Positions 28,850 through 39,680 of a stretch of DNA of 64,000 bases are shown here, one piece after another. The stretch comes from Escherichia phage EC.W14-3: sequence record PP496998.1; one strand, given 5' to 3'. Both the position numbers and the translations under genes were made by a program. Below the pieces are notes generated by a model. That model was not told where the DNA came from and searched no databases. It was given only the letters and a program-made list of their open reading frames with translations. The first letter of the stretch is position 1. Every line of letters begins with the position of its first letter.

Positions 28850-31800
28850 TTATCTCCGCCCGCCAACAGCAAACTCTATCGTTAAACCATTGATAGCAGC
28901 ATTACTATTAACATCATTATCTATAACATTATAGAAAAGGTATGGATGGTTCAGTCTCACCGAGACATGCCTGTCAACACCGATCGTATATGTCTTAGAT
29001 GTGTGTGGGTGTCCATATTCATTTGAGAATTGACTACCACCAGCTTCAAATATGTAAGTACCTGAACCAGTTGTCTGAGGTCGGAACCTGTTAATATGCT
29101 TCTGATTCCACTCATTCGTCACATTATCAAAATCTATACCAGTCCTCTCCAACCTCATTTCCAGAGGCTTCTCTATAACAACATCATTTAGCCTGTCATA
29201 GAAGTAATCAAGAGCACCTACATCCACTTGATAGAATCCCTTCAAGAATGAACCTACTATCGTAACCCTCTGTCTAAAGTTTGTTGCATCCTTTCTCCAA
29301 ACGAGTTCTTTAATAGATGGGTCATCCCAAGTGATTTCTTGGAAGTCAGACCAGATTGGACCTCTTTCTAAAACAGGAGGATCAACCAGACCAATACACT
29401 GAGCATATGGGATAGTACGGAATGACCAAGTATCAAACTCGTAGTTCCATACAGCAGCTTTAGTACAAGCGAAGCTTTCTTTTGGCTCTCCCGGACCTAC
29501 GTACAGAACCCAAACTTCTTTCTTATCCTGATGCAAATGCACTCGAGTTGCTAGAGGGTTAACCAGACATACCTCGTTAATCAGCATATTCTTAACACGG
29601 TTAGATGCAATTGACTTCTTAGTTGCACCGTTGTGTAAGATTACATCGTTCTGAGTAACTACGAAGTGACTACCTTCTACTTCAACCACACACTCAGGAG
29701 CAAGGATACCAGAGTCGTTAAAGAGCTTCTTGAACATTAGAGGTTGGTACGTGTTATTAGTCGGAGAACCAATATACGTTTCAAACTCTGTATAAACGAA
29801 CAAGTAATCTTTAAGAGGTAGGATATCAATCAAGCTACCATTAGAATCTGCTAAGTCAATGTAACCAGCATACCCATTCTCTAGAGCCTGAGTCTGCCCT
29901 ACGATGTTAGAAGCTAAGTCCGAAGACACAACTCGATCATAGGCAAAGTCATCCCACAGTGTAGGAGCCTTGTTCTCATTGGCAAAGTTAGACCAACGAA
30001 GACGAAGCGGGTAGTTAGTGGTAACACCAGAAGCATTAGCCTCTCTCATATTCAGAGCAAAAAGACGGTTGTTAAAAGATCTTACTCTCTCACATTTCCA
30101 GTTAAACTTCTTGACTGAAGGGTTTCCATCACTATCCACCACTGTTTGCTCACCCCACCCCGGAAGGTCTACAAAGTATTCTGATTCGAATTCTTTTACC
30201 TGAGGAGTTTCATAGTGAGTTGTAGCAACTGCACAGTTAGAGATAACAGCGTGATACCAAGGGTAGTCATCAAAAGCATCGTAATCCTTCTGAGTCATCT
30301 GACTGACAGTACATGTTACGTTAATCTCTCCTTTACGAAGAGCAACCAGTTTGATAGATTTACCAGTGACTGAAGTTGTAGAAACATAACCAGTTTTATC
30401 AACAGACCACTGATAAGAGTACTCACCTTCTGGAGAAGCTGTGGCTGTAATGACAACCTCTTCACCAACATCAAGAGAAGCGCTGACAATATCTAAGGTT
30501 ACAGATGACAAAGGGGTTGCCAGTAAAGAAGCTCTTGCAAAACCTTCAATGTCATTCACGTTAGAGTAGTCATAGAAGTTATTACCTTCGTACATCCCTG
30601 ACGTATCAATACCGGATGTAGGCTCAGCAAAATAAACCGTCTCTTCACTTTCAGGAGGAGTTACTACTTCTTCCTCTTGAGTTTCTACTGACTCTGACAC
30701 AGGAGCAGCAAATGCCATAGAACTTGTTCTCATTGTTCTTCCAGCTAAATCTACACGTACAGTACAGACAGCAACCCTGTTGCCTTCTTCAGTGGTAGCT
30801 GTAATCTCAGTAAAGCCAGCAAGTAAAGCGTTGATCGTCCCTTGTGTGCTAGTCCCTGATACTGTTGCAATATTTGGATTAGAAGAGGTCCAAGTAATAT
30901 TTTGATTAGGGGCGTTAGCAGGAGAAAGGGTAGCAGTTAAGATATACTGAGAACCTCTACTCACAATAACATCTGACTGGCTTAAAGAGATACTATCAAT
31001 CTGAGGGATGGAAACAACCTCACAAGAAGCAGTCTTAGTTCCGTTATCAGCAGTGATTGTTACATTACCTTCTCCATTCGCTGTAATGACAGCAGTTAAA
31101 GAATTGGCGTTAGGGGTTACGGATACAATAGAAGCGTTATTGCTGGACCAAGTTACAGGAGTCTTGCCAGTAACAGCCGTGAGAGTAGTAGTCCCTCCTT
31201 TACGAATTGTAACAGTGTCTTGACTCAAGAAGATGCCTGAATCACCGTCGATGATATTAACAGCAATCTGAGCCACTACGGATTCGTTGGCAGTAGAGAT
31301 AGTTACTACAAGATTACCTTCTTTCTCAAAAGATGTTAGAGTAGCAAGTTTAGAGTCACTAGGGTCTACCGTAATACTTCCATAGGATGAGTTACTAACC
31401 TCCCAAATAAGATCAGTATTGTTAGCATCAGCAGGGAGAAGAGAAACCTCTAGATTCTTGGTCTGATTGAAGTTCATTGAGATAGTTGATTCTTTAGGAA
31501 CGATCTGAGAAACAACTGGATAAATCTTAATTGAGGCAGAAGCCTTCTTAGTGACTGTAGCAACCTTACGGCTAATATCAGTCAAGCTTTCATCTGTCAG
31601 TTTATATAACTTCTTATCCGTACCTACAACAAGAAAGCTATTACCTGCGCTATAATAATCGAAAGGCATAGAAACGAAAGACAGAGGGGTTAAATCCTTA
31701 TCTTCATCTACATAAGAAAGAGGGGCATTGCCCCCCGTCTTAAATACTCTCTGCTCAACAAATCGAGCATTTATAGCATTAGTGAAAGCATTAGGAGCTA

Positions 31801-31867
31801 AGTCTGTCGGAGCCTGATCAGCGATAATGCCTACAGCACCTAGTGACTTTATTGGATACAGCGCCAT
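28850..31867 (-). CDS. large tail protein with three bacterial Ig-like (BIG2) repeats; possibly tail tube B / nozzle-like
   Basis: 1005 aa; N-terminus MALYPIKSLGAVGII..QAP loosely resembles T7 gp12 start; three about 70-aa BIG2-like repeats. Confidence 0.5.
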   Translation of the reverse strand: MALYPIKSLGAVGIIADQAPTDLAPNAFTNAINARFVEQRVFKTGGNAPLSYVDEDKDLTPLSFVSMPFDYYSAGNSFLVVGTDKKLYKLTDESLTDISRKVATVTKKASASIKIYPVVSQIVPKESTISMNFNQTKNLEVSLLPADANNTDLIWEVSNSSYGSITVDPSDSKLATLTSFEKEGNLVVTISTANESVVAQIAVNIIDGDSGIFLSQDTVTIRKGGTTTLTAVTGKTPVTWSSNNASIVSVTPNANSLTAVITANGEGNVTITADNGTKTASCEVVSIPQIDSISLSQSDVIVSRGSQYILTATLSPANAPNQNITWTSSNPNIATVSGTSTQGTINALLAGFTEITATTEEGNRVAVCTVRVDLAGRTMRTSSMAFAAPVSESVETQEEEVVTPPESEETVYFAEPTSGIDTSGMYEGNNFYDYSNVNDIEGFARASLLATPLSSVTLDIVSASLDVGEEVVITATASPEGEYSYQWSVDKTGYVSTTSVTGKSIKLVALRKGEINVTCTVSQMTQKDYDAFDDYPWYHAVISNCAVATTHYETPQVKEFESEYFVDLPGWGEQTVVDSDGNPSVKKFNWKCERVRSFNNRLFALNMREANASGVTTNYPLRLRWSNFANENKAPTLWDDFAYDRVVSSDLASNIVGQTQALENGYAGYIDLADSNGSLIDILPLKDYLFVYTEFETYIGSPTNNTYQPLMFKKLFNDSGILAPECVVEVEGSHFVVTQNDVILHNGATKKSIASNRVKNMLINEVCLVNPLATRVHLHQDKKEVWVLYVGPGEPKESFACTKAAVWNYEFDTWSFRTIPYAQCIGLVDPPVLERGPIWSDFQEITWDDPSIKELVWRKDATNFRQRVTIVGSFLKGFYQVDVGALDYFYDRLNDVVIEKPLEMRLERTGIDFDNVTNEWNQKHINRFRPQTTGSGTYIFEAGGSQFSNEYGHPHTSKTYTIGVDRHVSVRLNHPYLFYNVIDNDVNSNAAINGLTIEFAVGGRR

Positions 31868-31876
31868 AATTCCTCC

Positions 31877-32680
31877 TTAGCTAATACGTCTCCAAATGTG
31901 AGCTGCTCTGAATGGTGGCAAAGTGTTAATAGGTTGACGAGAGATATCATCACGACCAAGACTTACACTACCAGAGATTGTATGAGTGTGAGTATCATTA
32001 TCAGTTCTCTGACTGTATCCACCACCCGGACTATACCAGTTTGGCGAGCTGTTATGACCACTAGCATCTCCACGACCAAATACCATGTTGTGACTGTGAG
32101 TATTACTGGATAGAGAGAAGCTGGAGCCATTAACTGTCATCAAAGGTACGTTCTCAGTTCGAATAGTATTGAAGACACGACCACCAGTACCACCTGCTTG
32201 GAACTCAACTCTCTGAGCATTAGGGACAGAACCATCAGGGTTTACTACACCAGTACCCATGATAACACCAGTCACTTTAGCCCAAGAGCCAAACCCTAAG
32301 GAGATGGAATCACCGGGGTTAATATCTTCTTCAGTGATGTAGTAAGAACCAATTCGATAGAGCTTATTCTCCATCCAGTTCTTCATGAACGCTTCCATCT
32401 GGCCTTTAGTAACAACATCCTTGTCACCAGTTCCCGGAGTAACGTTCTTGATCATAAGACCACCAACATCCATTGAATCACCAGTAAACTTGAGCTTCTC
32501 TGACATAATCTTAAAGGTGTCAGAATCTATATCAACTGGTTCTGTAACATTGGGGAATGTGTTCTGTAACGTTTGTTTAATGAGGCGGATTTGAGCCGCC
32601 CCTTCGTAGATGTAATCCCTGTCTCTAGGATAGAGCGGGTTTAAGTCGGTAATAACTACCGCATTAGTTTCGATAGCCAA
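31877..32680 (-). CDS. tail protein (possibly tail tube A-like)
   Basis: 267 aa; TTG start after GGAGGTG RBS; position before the large tail protein. Confidence 0.4.
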   Translation of the reverse strand: MAIETNAVVITDLNPLYPRDRDYIYEGAAQIRLIKQTLQNTFPNVTEPVDIDSDTFKIMSEKLKFTGDSMDVGGLMIKNVTPGTGDKDVVTKGQMEAFMKNWMENKLYRIGSYYITEEDINPGDSISLGFGSWAKVTGVIMGTGVVNPDGSVPNAQRVEFQAGGTGGRVFNTIRTENVPLMTVNGSSFSLSSNTHSHNMVFGRGDASGHNSSPNWYSPGGGYSQRTDNDTHTHTISGSVSLGRDDISRQPINTLPPFRAAHIWRRIS

Positions 32681-32692
32681 AAGGCACCTCCA

Positions 32693-33184
32693 TTAATATT
32701 TACCTTCGGTGTAAAGATTAGCTTCTGCAACTCTTCTATTATGAAGACCCTGACTTCTCTGCTTCTCTCCCTTGACCGTTATTTTATCCCAACGAAGAAA
32801 TTCGGAATAAACATCCCCCTTAACATCTCCATTGATTACCTTCCTTAACTTAGATGTGCTCAAAGCCCCACTGCCAACATTGAAGTTGAAAGAAGTGAGT
32901 GCATCAAACTCATGAACTAGTAAAGGAACCTTTATGTTCTTCTGAGTAGCACGAACAGAGTCTTGTGTGTCTCTATCTAGCAGAGCTAGACAATCCTCTA
33001 TAGAATACGTTAATCCTTGTCTAACCGGATAACCATTCATATCGCGCGTAGCCCCTACACATATAGTCCAGATACCTGCGGAATCTTTATAAGCCTTGGT
33101 TCTCATACCCTCATGCTTCATGATGAATTCCATTCCAGCTGGGCTTAAGTTTAATTGTACAGGTGGCAATGCGGCGTTATCCAT
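32693..33184 (-). CDS. GH24 (T4-type) lysozyme / endolysin
   Basis: E..D..T catalytic triad context HEGMRTKAYKDSAGIWTICVG; RBS GGAGG. Confidence 0.8.
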   Translation of the reverse strand: MDNAALPPVQLNLSPAGMEFIMKHEGMRTKAYKDSAGIWTICVGATRDMNGYPVRQGLTYSIEDCLALLDRDTQDSVRATQKNIKVPLLVHEFDALTSFNFNVGSGALSTSKLRKVINGDVKGDVYSEFLRWDKITVKGEKQRSQGLHNRRVAEANLYTEGKY

Positions 33185-33213
33185 TTCTAACCTCCTTTTG
33201 TAGTCCCTTTAAA

Positions 33214-33432
33214 TTAAGGTAGTATCTTTCTCAGAGCGTTAGATTCAGCATCAGGGCAAATAACAACTAAGTTATTTTGAATTGTTCTCTGCTTGCATTG
33301 AGAGCTAAGCTTCTCTACTGGAGCAGGGACAGTTACTAATGGATGAACTGCGCCTACAGGAACTGCGGTGGATACCACAACACCTGCGCCTAAACATATT
33401 AAACCATATGCAGCTTGTTTCATCATTTTCAT
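33214..33432 (-). CDS. small secreted or membrane protein upstream of endolysin
   Basis: 72 aa, hydrophobic N-terminal segment AAYGLICLGAGVVVSTAVPVGA; RBS GGAGA. Confidence 0.4.
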   Translation of the reverse strand: MKMMKQAAYGLICLGAGVVVSTAVPVGAVHPLVTVPAPVEKLSSQCKQRTIQNNLVVICPDAESNALRKILP

Positions 33433-33485
33433 TTGAGTGTCTCCTATATATTAACCTCTTGGGATATAGTAGTTTCATTACTTAT

Positions 33486-33512
33486 TCACCAGTTTTACTC
33501 CTAAAAGCCCCC
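33486..33512 (-). terminator. hairpin after tail fiber gene
   Basis: agcccc-cgaa-ggggct hairpin; short U-run on minus strand. Confidence 0.4.
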
Positions 33513-33525
33513 GAAGGGGCTTATC

Positions 33526-35694
33526 TCACTTCTCTGCTAACTTCGCTTCTAGAACTTCAATACGCTTCAGCAGATCTTGAACAACCTGCATGGTATCTAA
33601 AAGCATTGGAGTTGCATCCAACTCTTTCTGTTCCTGCTCTACCCCATCGTTGTCATGGAATTTACGAGTTTTAACATAAAGAGGTTCAACTTTCTCTGCC
33701 TGCTGTGCAATGATACCACGACGAGTTCTTCCTTGATTATCATTGTTGTACACAAACGATTTGAAATCCAAACCTTTTATCGCACGAATTGCTTCATCAG
33801 GAGAGATATCTTGGATGTTATGTTTCAACTTTTCATCAGATACAGGATTCATAGCAAGAGTATAAGTTCCGGTTGAACTTGGCTGCCAAGTGTAGTAGTA
33901 AATCTCGTTCCTGTTTGGTCGGAGAGTTAAACGACAACCATATTTGTTGTCTTCATCTCCCGAAACATGCCAACAGGAATCAGCAAAAGATCCAGCATCA
34001 TTGTGAATCATCCCTACATGGGTAGTAGTTTTGTATCCACCTTGGGATGCTTGGGAAGCACTCAGTATAGAGTTAAAAGAGTAGTTAGCACCAACCCCTT
34101 GGTTGTCTATAGAAAACGTCCCTCTGCGACTTCCTGTTTCACTCCAAGACATCAATGTTCTAGACCGAGCAACATATCTATCAGAGTTCAGGGTTCCAGA
34201 ATCGTCAAAAGCTAATTGCTTGGTAACTCCTTTGGTTTTATTATAAACATTGATAATCCCATAATAAGCTCCGTCGATATAAGCATCAGTTTGGAGCGTA
34301 GTAGAGGCTTCTACTTCTGAACCTATTTTATATTCAGAAACAACTGAACCGCTAGTTACCCTAGTTCCACCAGCAGGACGGTTTGCATCACTGTTAATAA
34401 CTGACCAAGAGGTGTTAGCAGCAGTAAAACCTCCATGAGCACGAATAGTCCAAACACCTACAAAGTTACGGGTCAGAATCTCCTCAGTGGAGCGACCATA
34501 AATAGGACTGGAACGCGATGCGTCAAAGTTTGTGGATATGTATTTACCTCCAGCCCCCACTGGAGCCACATCGTCTGTAGAGGTGATTGATTGAATTGCC
34601 CCGTTAGTCGCCACCTGCCCCGGAGCGGAGGCTAGTGTTACCATTGTGTGAGGGGACGCATATGTGATATTCGGTGCAGCAGAATCAAACACTTGGCCAT
34701 TTGCAGCAGAATTACCACCATCACCACGGCCATATAAAGCTCTCAGTGACCCCTCTTGGATACCATTTCGGTCAGGAACACGGAAAGTTGTTGTACCATT
34801 TCCGGTAGAATACCTACCCCTCTGATAGATATTAGACAACCAAAGAGAGTCTTCAATTGGGGATAGCAGTTGTGCATAAGCCCATAAATCTGGGTAGTCA
34901 GCACGATTCAAAAGCTGCCCATCCGACACAACCTCAAAAGCTGGGATGAAAGCTCGACTGTCACGTAAATGGAAATCACCAATACCAAAGTTAGAGATAC
35001 CGCTCATCGTAGGACCACCAGAGCCACCACCACTGTTTCGAAGCTGTCTCAAAGTAACCGCATCATAATCACCAACTGCATCAGGGACAGTTACTGGTTG
35101 AGTGAAAGTAACTTTCTGTGTGAGCTGTTTGATATCAGAGTTAATCCCTGTACGAGTAACACCTACCGTACGACCTTTAGAGTCTTTAACATAAGAACCA
35201 ATTGCAGCAAAAGGCAAATCCTCAATCTCAGGACGGTAACGTTTAGAATAAACTGGATACTTAGTTTCTACCCCAGAGTCATTCTGGTCAACAACCTGAA
35301 GACGACCAGCAGAATGAATCTCTACACCTTGAACTGAAGAGGCATAACTACCAATCTTGATTGAGTTATCAGTAGTAACTTTCATCATATCAACTGATTC
35401 TACACCATTAGCTCCAGTAGAACGGAATGGGGTATCATTAACAACCCAAGGGTCTTCTCGGAACAGCGCACCAGACATAATAGGTTGAATCGAATCCAGC
35501 ACAAAATCTTTAGATGCACCCTCTGTTTTAGTTTGATAGGTAGCAGCTGCGTCGGTTTTCTGTAAATATTTTCCGGTGAGGTTAATAGCTCCAGTCTGTC
35601 CATCTACAGTAGAAACCCCAACAACAGCCGCGTCTCTGGTTACAACCACATGAGGCATCATTATACCAGATTTGGGCATTAATTCTCTAGACAT
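33526..35694 (-). CDS. tail fiber/spike with C-terminal intramolecular chaperone (peptidase S74-like) domain
   Basis: C-terminus SDEKLKHNIQDI...RRGIIAQQAEKVEPLYV...LLKRIEVLEAKL matches auto-cleaving chaperone domain pattern. Confidence 0.8.
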   Translation of the reverse strand: MSRELMPKSGIMMPHVVVTRDAAVVGVSTVDGQTGAINLTGKYLQKTDAAATYQTKTEGASKDFVLDSIQPIMSGALFREDPWVVNDTPFRSTGANGVESVDMMKVTTDNSIKIGSYASSVQGVEIHSAGRLQVVDQNDSGVETKYPVYSKRYRPEIEDLPFAAIGSYVKDSKGRTVGVTRTGINSDIKQLTQKVTFTQPVTVPDAVGDYDAVTLRQLRNSGGGSGGPTMSGISNFGIGDFHLRDSRAFIPAFEVVSDGQLLNRADYPDLWAYAQLLSPIEDSLWLSNIYQRGRYSTGNGTTTFRVPDRNGIQEGSLRALYGRGDGGNSAANGQVFDSAAPNITYASPHTMVTLASAPGQVATNGAIQSITSTDDVAPVGAGGKYISTNFDASRSSPIYGRSTEEILTRNFVGVWTIRAHGGFTAANTSWSVINSDANRPAGGTRVTSGSVVSEYKIGSEVEASTTLQTDAYIDGAYYGIINVYNKTKGVTKQLAFDDSGTLNSDRYVARSRTLMSWSETGSRRGTFSIDNQGVGANYSFNSILSASQASQGGYKTTTHVGMIHNDAGSFADSCWHVSGDEDNKYGCRLTLRPNRNEIYYYTWQPSSTGTYTLAMNPVSDEKLKHNIQDISPDEAIRAIKGLDFKSFVYNNDNQGRTRRGIIAQQAEKVEPLYVKTRKFHDNDGVEQEQKELDATPMLLDTMQVVQDLLKRIEVLEAKLAEK

Positions 35695-35734
35695 TTAAAT
35701 CTCCTTAAAGCCCCCCGAAGGGAGCATTGTTAAA

Positions 35735-38293
35735 TTACTCAGAAGGCATTTCAACACGAACTGAAATAAAAGCATCACTCGGGATATCAATAGGATCACC
35801 GTCAGAAAAACCTTCTATCTCATTTCTAGAAAAAACCGGAGAGGTTGGATGGGTTCTGTGATAGGTTTTAACTAAAATAGAACCATCTTCTTTAATCTCA
35901 TAGTCCAGCCAAACCCTAGGTTGTTTGTTGCGGTCAGTAGGGATTTCAAAGCCGCCGTCAATGCCTCCCCATTTTGCATCTGCGTTTAAGCCAAGGCAAC
36001 CGGTAATCAAGTACTCACCAACACCTTGCCGAATGACATTAACCCCCTCAGATTCCTCGTTCGTCTCATATCGACCGTCGGAGTAAATATGAACTACCGG
36101 AGATGCCGCTTTGATAAATCCGTTTACATCAACAGTGGTGTTTTTGTTTGTAAGACAATGGACATATTTTATTGTTCCGTCTGCAATCTTTATTGCGTAA
36201 GATATGCGACCGTATTGTGAGGCTTCGCCACCAGACCCTGCATATGACACACCGTGGGCAATCCAGAAGTTAGTATCCTCTGGCTGCATATACCAGTAGC
36301 AGTTAAACAAGTCTAAAGTAAACAGGCCGTTCCCGGAGGCATGTTGGACACGATCCCCAGTACCACCTACGCCTGAATTTGCTGGGGTGTTACTTAGCGC
36401 TCCAATATTGAACCTTGCACCAGCAGCATCTCCAGCCCCTGTCCCACCATTAGCAATAGGTACATTATCCAGAGTAGAAACACTTCCCAACCCTAGATTA
36501 GAACGAGCACTAGCAGCATTTTTAGCTCCAGTGCCTCCTCTTTCAACACCTAGAGCCAAATCGCCAACTCTTCCAGGCGAGGTACTGTAACATCCCCACC
36601 CATTATTATCCACAAAGAGGTAGGTTTCTTTGTTAGGAGATAGTAATCTACTCTCCCCAGAGGCTTGATCAACTCTATCTATAGATAAATTGGAACGAGC
36701 AGCATCAACAGTAGTTGCCCCTGTACCACCATTAGCTATAGGAATTGTGTTGAGTGTAGCTATGGAGCTTAGACCTAGATTAGAACGAGCACTAGCAGCG
36801 TCTTTAGCTCCAGTGCCTCCTTGTGTGACAGACAGTGCTGTAGTGAGTCCCGTGAGGGATGTTATATCAGAGTTTGTACCAGAAGCGGCAGCACCTAAAA
36901 TTGATCTGGAGATGTTCACATTACCAGTAATCTCATCAGGAGCTTGGTTATTTACAGTAACAACATAAGGTTTCTGAGCCTGTACAGACCCATTGTACTG
37001 AGAGTCTTTATCAGAATCTGGTGCTCTTATTGCCTCCCCTCCAGTCCAATCAGGAAGTCGAATGTTGATAAAATTAGTAGAATCTGCATCGGTAATACCA
37101 TCTGCCAATTTACCCCAAGAGAAGTATTGTTTAGCCCCTGCTTGCCATTCAGTTTCAGAAACAACAGGAAGTTGTCCACTGACAAGGGATGGGCCTAAAT
37201 CTGAAGCAGACTCTTTAGACACTAGACGACCATCGGCTGGAAGAACGCCCGGATAGGAGATATTCTTTGTTGGGTCATAAGGGAACATTACCATCTCACC
37301 AAGATATAGAGAAGGGTTTCCTGTTGGAATGGTAATGTCAATATTACCACTGGAGTCTGGAGAACGGGAATTAACAGTAAGAATTCTACCTTCAGTTTTA
37401 ACAGGAGTTAATGTTTTGTTAGCAGCAACAGTATAAAATTCATACTTAGTAGCTTCCCAAACTAAGACCTTCTCACCAACTTGGCGATACTGAGCGTCAG
37501 CATCAGCTTCTGCTTTAGATTGATATGTCTTGGTGGTTTTATCAAACTTGTCATTAATCTCTTGACGACTGTACTGAGCAACGTTCAGAACATTTCCTAA
37601 ACCTACCGTCTCTTTGTTAAGCGTTAGAGCAACCTCTCCATCAAGAGCTGGACCGCCGTTAATAGAGACAGAACGGACAGATGGGATTAAGTTAGCAATG
37701 TTATCTAGAGTAGTTTTGTGGACGGTGTTGTCATCTTTGTCAACATAGAAACCTAAATCACCTAGCTCTGGAACACCTGTAGGTGCTGTATCCAAATCCT
37801 TAACAGAACCATCTTTTCCGGGATCACCTTCTGGAATACCTAAAGAGATTACACCAGTGTTAGGATTAAAAGAGCCAGTAGCTGGAGTTCCCGGAGGGAG
37901 AGTTGTTACATCAACAGACATTCCTAACAGAACATCAAGCTGATTCTGGACTTCAATAAGTTTTTGGTTAATGAGAGCAACGGCATTATTAGCATCCGAT
38001 ACTGCTGCGTTGGTTTGGGCAATCAGAGTCATCAAACGAGCATCTTGATCCTTAAAATCCTGCTTAAGATCTTCAATATCCTGCTTCATCAGAACACCCT
38101 GTTGATATAGACGCTCTACTTCAGCGATTAAATCATCAATTGTACCAAACTTAGATTCTGCTAGCAGTGCCCAATATTTGGAGTCAGCTGCATATTCTGC
38201 TGCTTGCTTGTAAGCTCCGATAGAGCCTTCAGTAGCACCAAACTGCCCAACGTTATTCACTGCATCAGGTGCTTGGTTATTATAAACGATCAT
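35735..38293 (-). CDS. tail fiber protein
   Basis: 852 aa; internal repeats GGTGAK(D/N)AASARSNLGL; RBS AAGGAGA. Confidence 0.65.
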   Translation of the reverse strand: MIVYNNQAPDAVNNVGQFGATEGSIGAYKQAAEYAADSKYWALLAESKFGTIDDLIAEVERLYQQGVLMKQDIEDLKQDFKDQDARLMTLIAQTNAAVSDANNAVALINQKLIEVQNQLDVLLGMSVDVTTLPPGTPATGSFNPNTGVISLGIPEGDPGKDGSVKDLDTAPTGVPELGDLGFYVDKDDNTVHKTTLDNIANLIPSVRSVSINGGPALDGEVALTLNKETVGLGNVLNVAQYSRQEINDKFDKTTKTYQSKAEADADAQYRQVGEKVLVWEATKYEFYTVAANKTLTPVKTEGRILTVNSRSPDSSGNIDITIPTGNPSLYLGEMVMFPYDPTKNISYPGVLPADGRLVSKESASDLGPSLVSGQLPVVSETEWQAGAKQYFSWGKLADGITDADSTNFINIRLPDWTGGEAIRAPDSDKDSQYNGSVQAQKPYVVTVNNQAPDEITGNVNISRSILGAAASGTNSDITSLTGLTTALSVTQGGTGAKDAASARSNLGLSSIATLNTIPIANGGTGATTVDAARSNLSIDRVDQASGESRLLSPNKETYLFVDNNGWGCYSTSPGRVGDLALGVERGGTGAKNAASARSNLGLGSVSTLDNVPIANGGTGAGDAAGARFNIGALSNTPANSGVGGTGDRVQHASGNGLFTLDLFNCYWYMQPEDTNFWIAHGVSYAGSGGEASQYGRISYAIKIADGTIKYVHCLTNKNTTVDVNGFIKAASPVVHIYSDGRYETNEESEGVNVIRQGVGEYLITGCLGLNADAKWGGIDGGFEIPTDRNKQPRVWLDYEIKEDGSILVKTYHRTHPTSPVFSRNEIEGFSDGDPIDIPSDAFISVRVEMPSE
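36430..36860 (-). repeat. intragenic tandem repeats within tail fiber gene
   Basis: three copies of about 20-aa unit (GGTGAxxAAxARSNLGL / IANGGTGA); visible as repeated APVPPLAIG in antisense track ORFs 36387 and 36690. Confidence 0.6.
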
Positions 38294-38302
38294 ATTATCT
38301 CC

Positions 38303-39055
38303 TTATACACGAGAAGTACGAATACCATAAATATCAGGCAAGCTGCTCTGAAGCCGAGTCATGTTATTCGGAATTGCGATAGGTGAACCTGAGTACTCTT
38401 GTTTCTTATTCTGCTCTACCATTTCATCAAGGATAGCTTTTCCTAATGCTGACCATTTCTGAACACCGTTATCATCTTGAACAAAGAGACAAGCATGACG
38501 TAGGGTGAAGTACAGAAGAAGTTCTGGTGCGATAGTAAGAATAGCACTGGTATCTGTATCTTCGTGGAATTCCGGTGGGTCTGCATAATAGCTAAGAATC
38601 ACTGAGTTTTCTGCTGGAATTAAAGGGCTTCCATCATCAGGATAAACAGGAGTATCTGCTTCAATACTAGGGTAGAAAATGAAACGACTCCCGAAACGAG
38701 CAAAGTTAACAGGTTGGTTATTCCAGTGAGATGGATTAATTGTTCCATGCTGTCTACGATAGCTAATCTCCTCAGGAGAGGTTACTTGGAAGATTGTACC
38801 ATCTTTGGCTCTCATCATCCATTGAGCTTCTAAGTAATCAGGAGGAATATAAGCTACTCCATCTTTGATATCTAAATACACTTCTTTTTCCAGAGGAGGA
38901 ATACGTAAGTTACGATAAATCTCTTTCTCTGCAAAGTTAATAAAGTTTGGAATTTGATTAACAAATTCATCGTCGTCCCTATCTGCCCAGAGGGCCACGG
39001 CCTTCTTTAGCCACCCATAGGTATTGATGGGGTATTGAACATCTGGCATTGCCAT
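38303..39055 (-). CDS. virion structural protein (adaptor/tail, unassigned)
   Basis: 250 aa; RBS GGAGG; between capsid and tail fiber genes. Confidence 0.45.
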   Translation of the reverse strand: MAMPDVQYPINTYGWLKKAVALWADRDDDEFVNQIPNFINFAEKEIYRNLRIPPLEKEVYLDIKDGVAYIPPDYLEAQWMMRAKDGTIFQVTSPEEISYRRQHGTINPSHWNNQPVNFARFGSRFIFYPSIEADTPVYPDDGSPLIPAENSVILSYYADPPEFHEDTDTSAILTIAPELLLYFTLRHACLFVQDDNGVQKWSALGKAILDEMVEQNKKQEYSGSPIAIPNNMTRLQSSLPDIYGIRTSRV

Positions 39056-39088
39056 AGGTTGTCCTCCTTGTTATATGTAGACAAAGAA

Positions 39089-39097
39089 TATACATTA
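39089..39097 (-). promoter_or_regulatory. TAATGTATA promoter-like motif (minus strand)
   Basis: exact 9-mer 34 nt upstream of ATG 39055. Confidence 0.4.
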
Positions 39098-39121
39098 CAC
39101 ACTAGCTTGTATAGGTCTTAA

Positions 39122-39150
39122 AACGAAAAAACCCCGCCCGAAGGCAGGGT
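39122..39150 (-). terminator. rho-independent terminator after capsid/Ig ORFs
   Basis: minus strand ccctgcc-TTCG-ggcgggg hairpin followed by TTTTTTCGTTTT. Confidence 0.7.
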
Positions 39151-39156
39151 CTGATT

Positions 39157-39669
39157 TTAAGCAGGTGTTACACCAGTAAAAGTGCATGTTGCATTGATGG
39201 ACGGGTCAGCTGTCAAACTTGCTTGAACAGTAACTTCGCCACTTGCAGCAGCATCTAAGGTTAACGCACCAGCGGCGCTTACTGTACCGGCTTCTGTAGG
39301 AGTTACAACAAACGTGTAATCCGCAGCAGCAGAGTTAGTTACAGTAAACATGGTAGTGAAATTAGTGGAAGAACCACCAGTTTTACCCGTAATTGGACCC
39401 TTAGCTACAATAGTAGGAGCAGGAGCAACAATTTCAGAAATGGTTGCTGTACCAGAAACACCTTCTAAAGTTGCAGTAATGGATACATCAGTGGATTGAG
39501 ACGCACTCGGAGCAGTATACAAACCAGACTGAGTGATAGAACCACCTCCTGTCACTGACCAAGTAAAGCCAGTTGTTTCGGTAGAACCATCACTTTTCTC
39601 CGCGCTTGCAGTGAACTGCCGAGTAGCCCCTGTCTCTAGACTTGCTAAAGACGCAGGGCTAACAGTCAC
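39157..39669 (-). CDS. Ig-like (BIG2) domain ORF, likely C-terminal extension of capsid protein via -1 frameshift
   Basis: -1 frame relative to capsid gene, open across capsid stop, no own RBS, GTG-only start; BIG2-like sequence. Confidence 0.55.
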   Translation of the reverse strand: MTVSPASLASLETGATRQFTASAEKSDGSTETTGFTWSVTGGGSITQSGLYTAPSASQSTDVSITATLEGVSGTATISEIVAPAPTIVAKGPITGKTGGSSTNFTTMFTVTNSAAADYTFVVTPTEAGTVSAAGALTLDAAASGEVTVQASLTADPSINATCTFTGVTPA

Positions 39670-39680
39670 ACTGTCTACTG

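Noticed and set aside
27838-28872. Track N-terminal extension of the structural gene (and similarly 17799-22265, 57256-57744)
   Set aside because: The extensions overlap a terminator hairpin, a promoter-like motif or a tRNA-like element and lack RBS; internal ATGs with good Shine-Dalgarno sites were chosen instead.
36387-36968. Repeated plus-strand peptides (APVPPLAIG...) suggesting a repeat protein or a diversity-generating retroelement target
   Set aside because: They are antisense reflections of in-frame repeats inside the minus-strand tail fiber gene; no reverse transcriptase or template repeat is present in the window.
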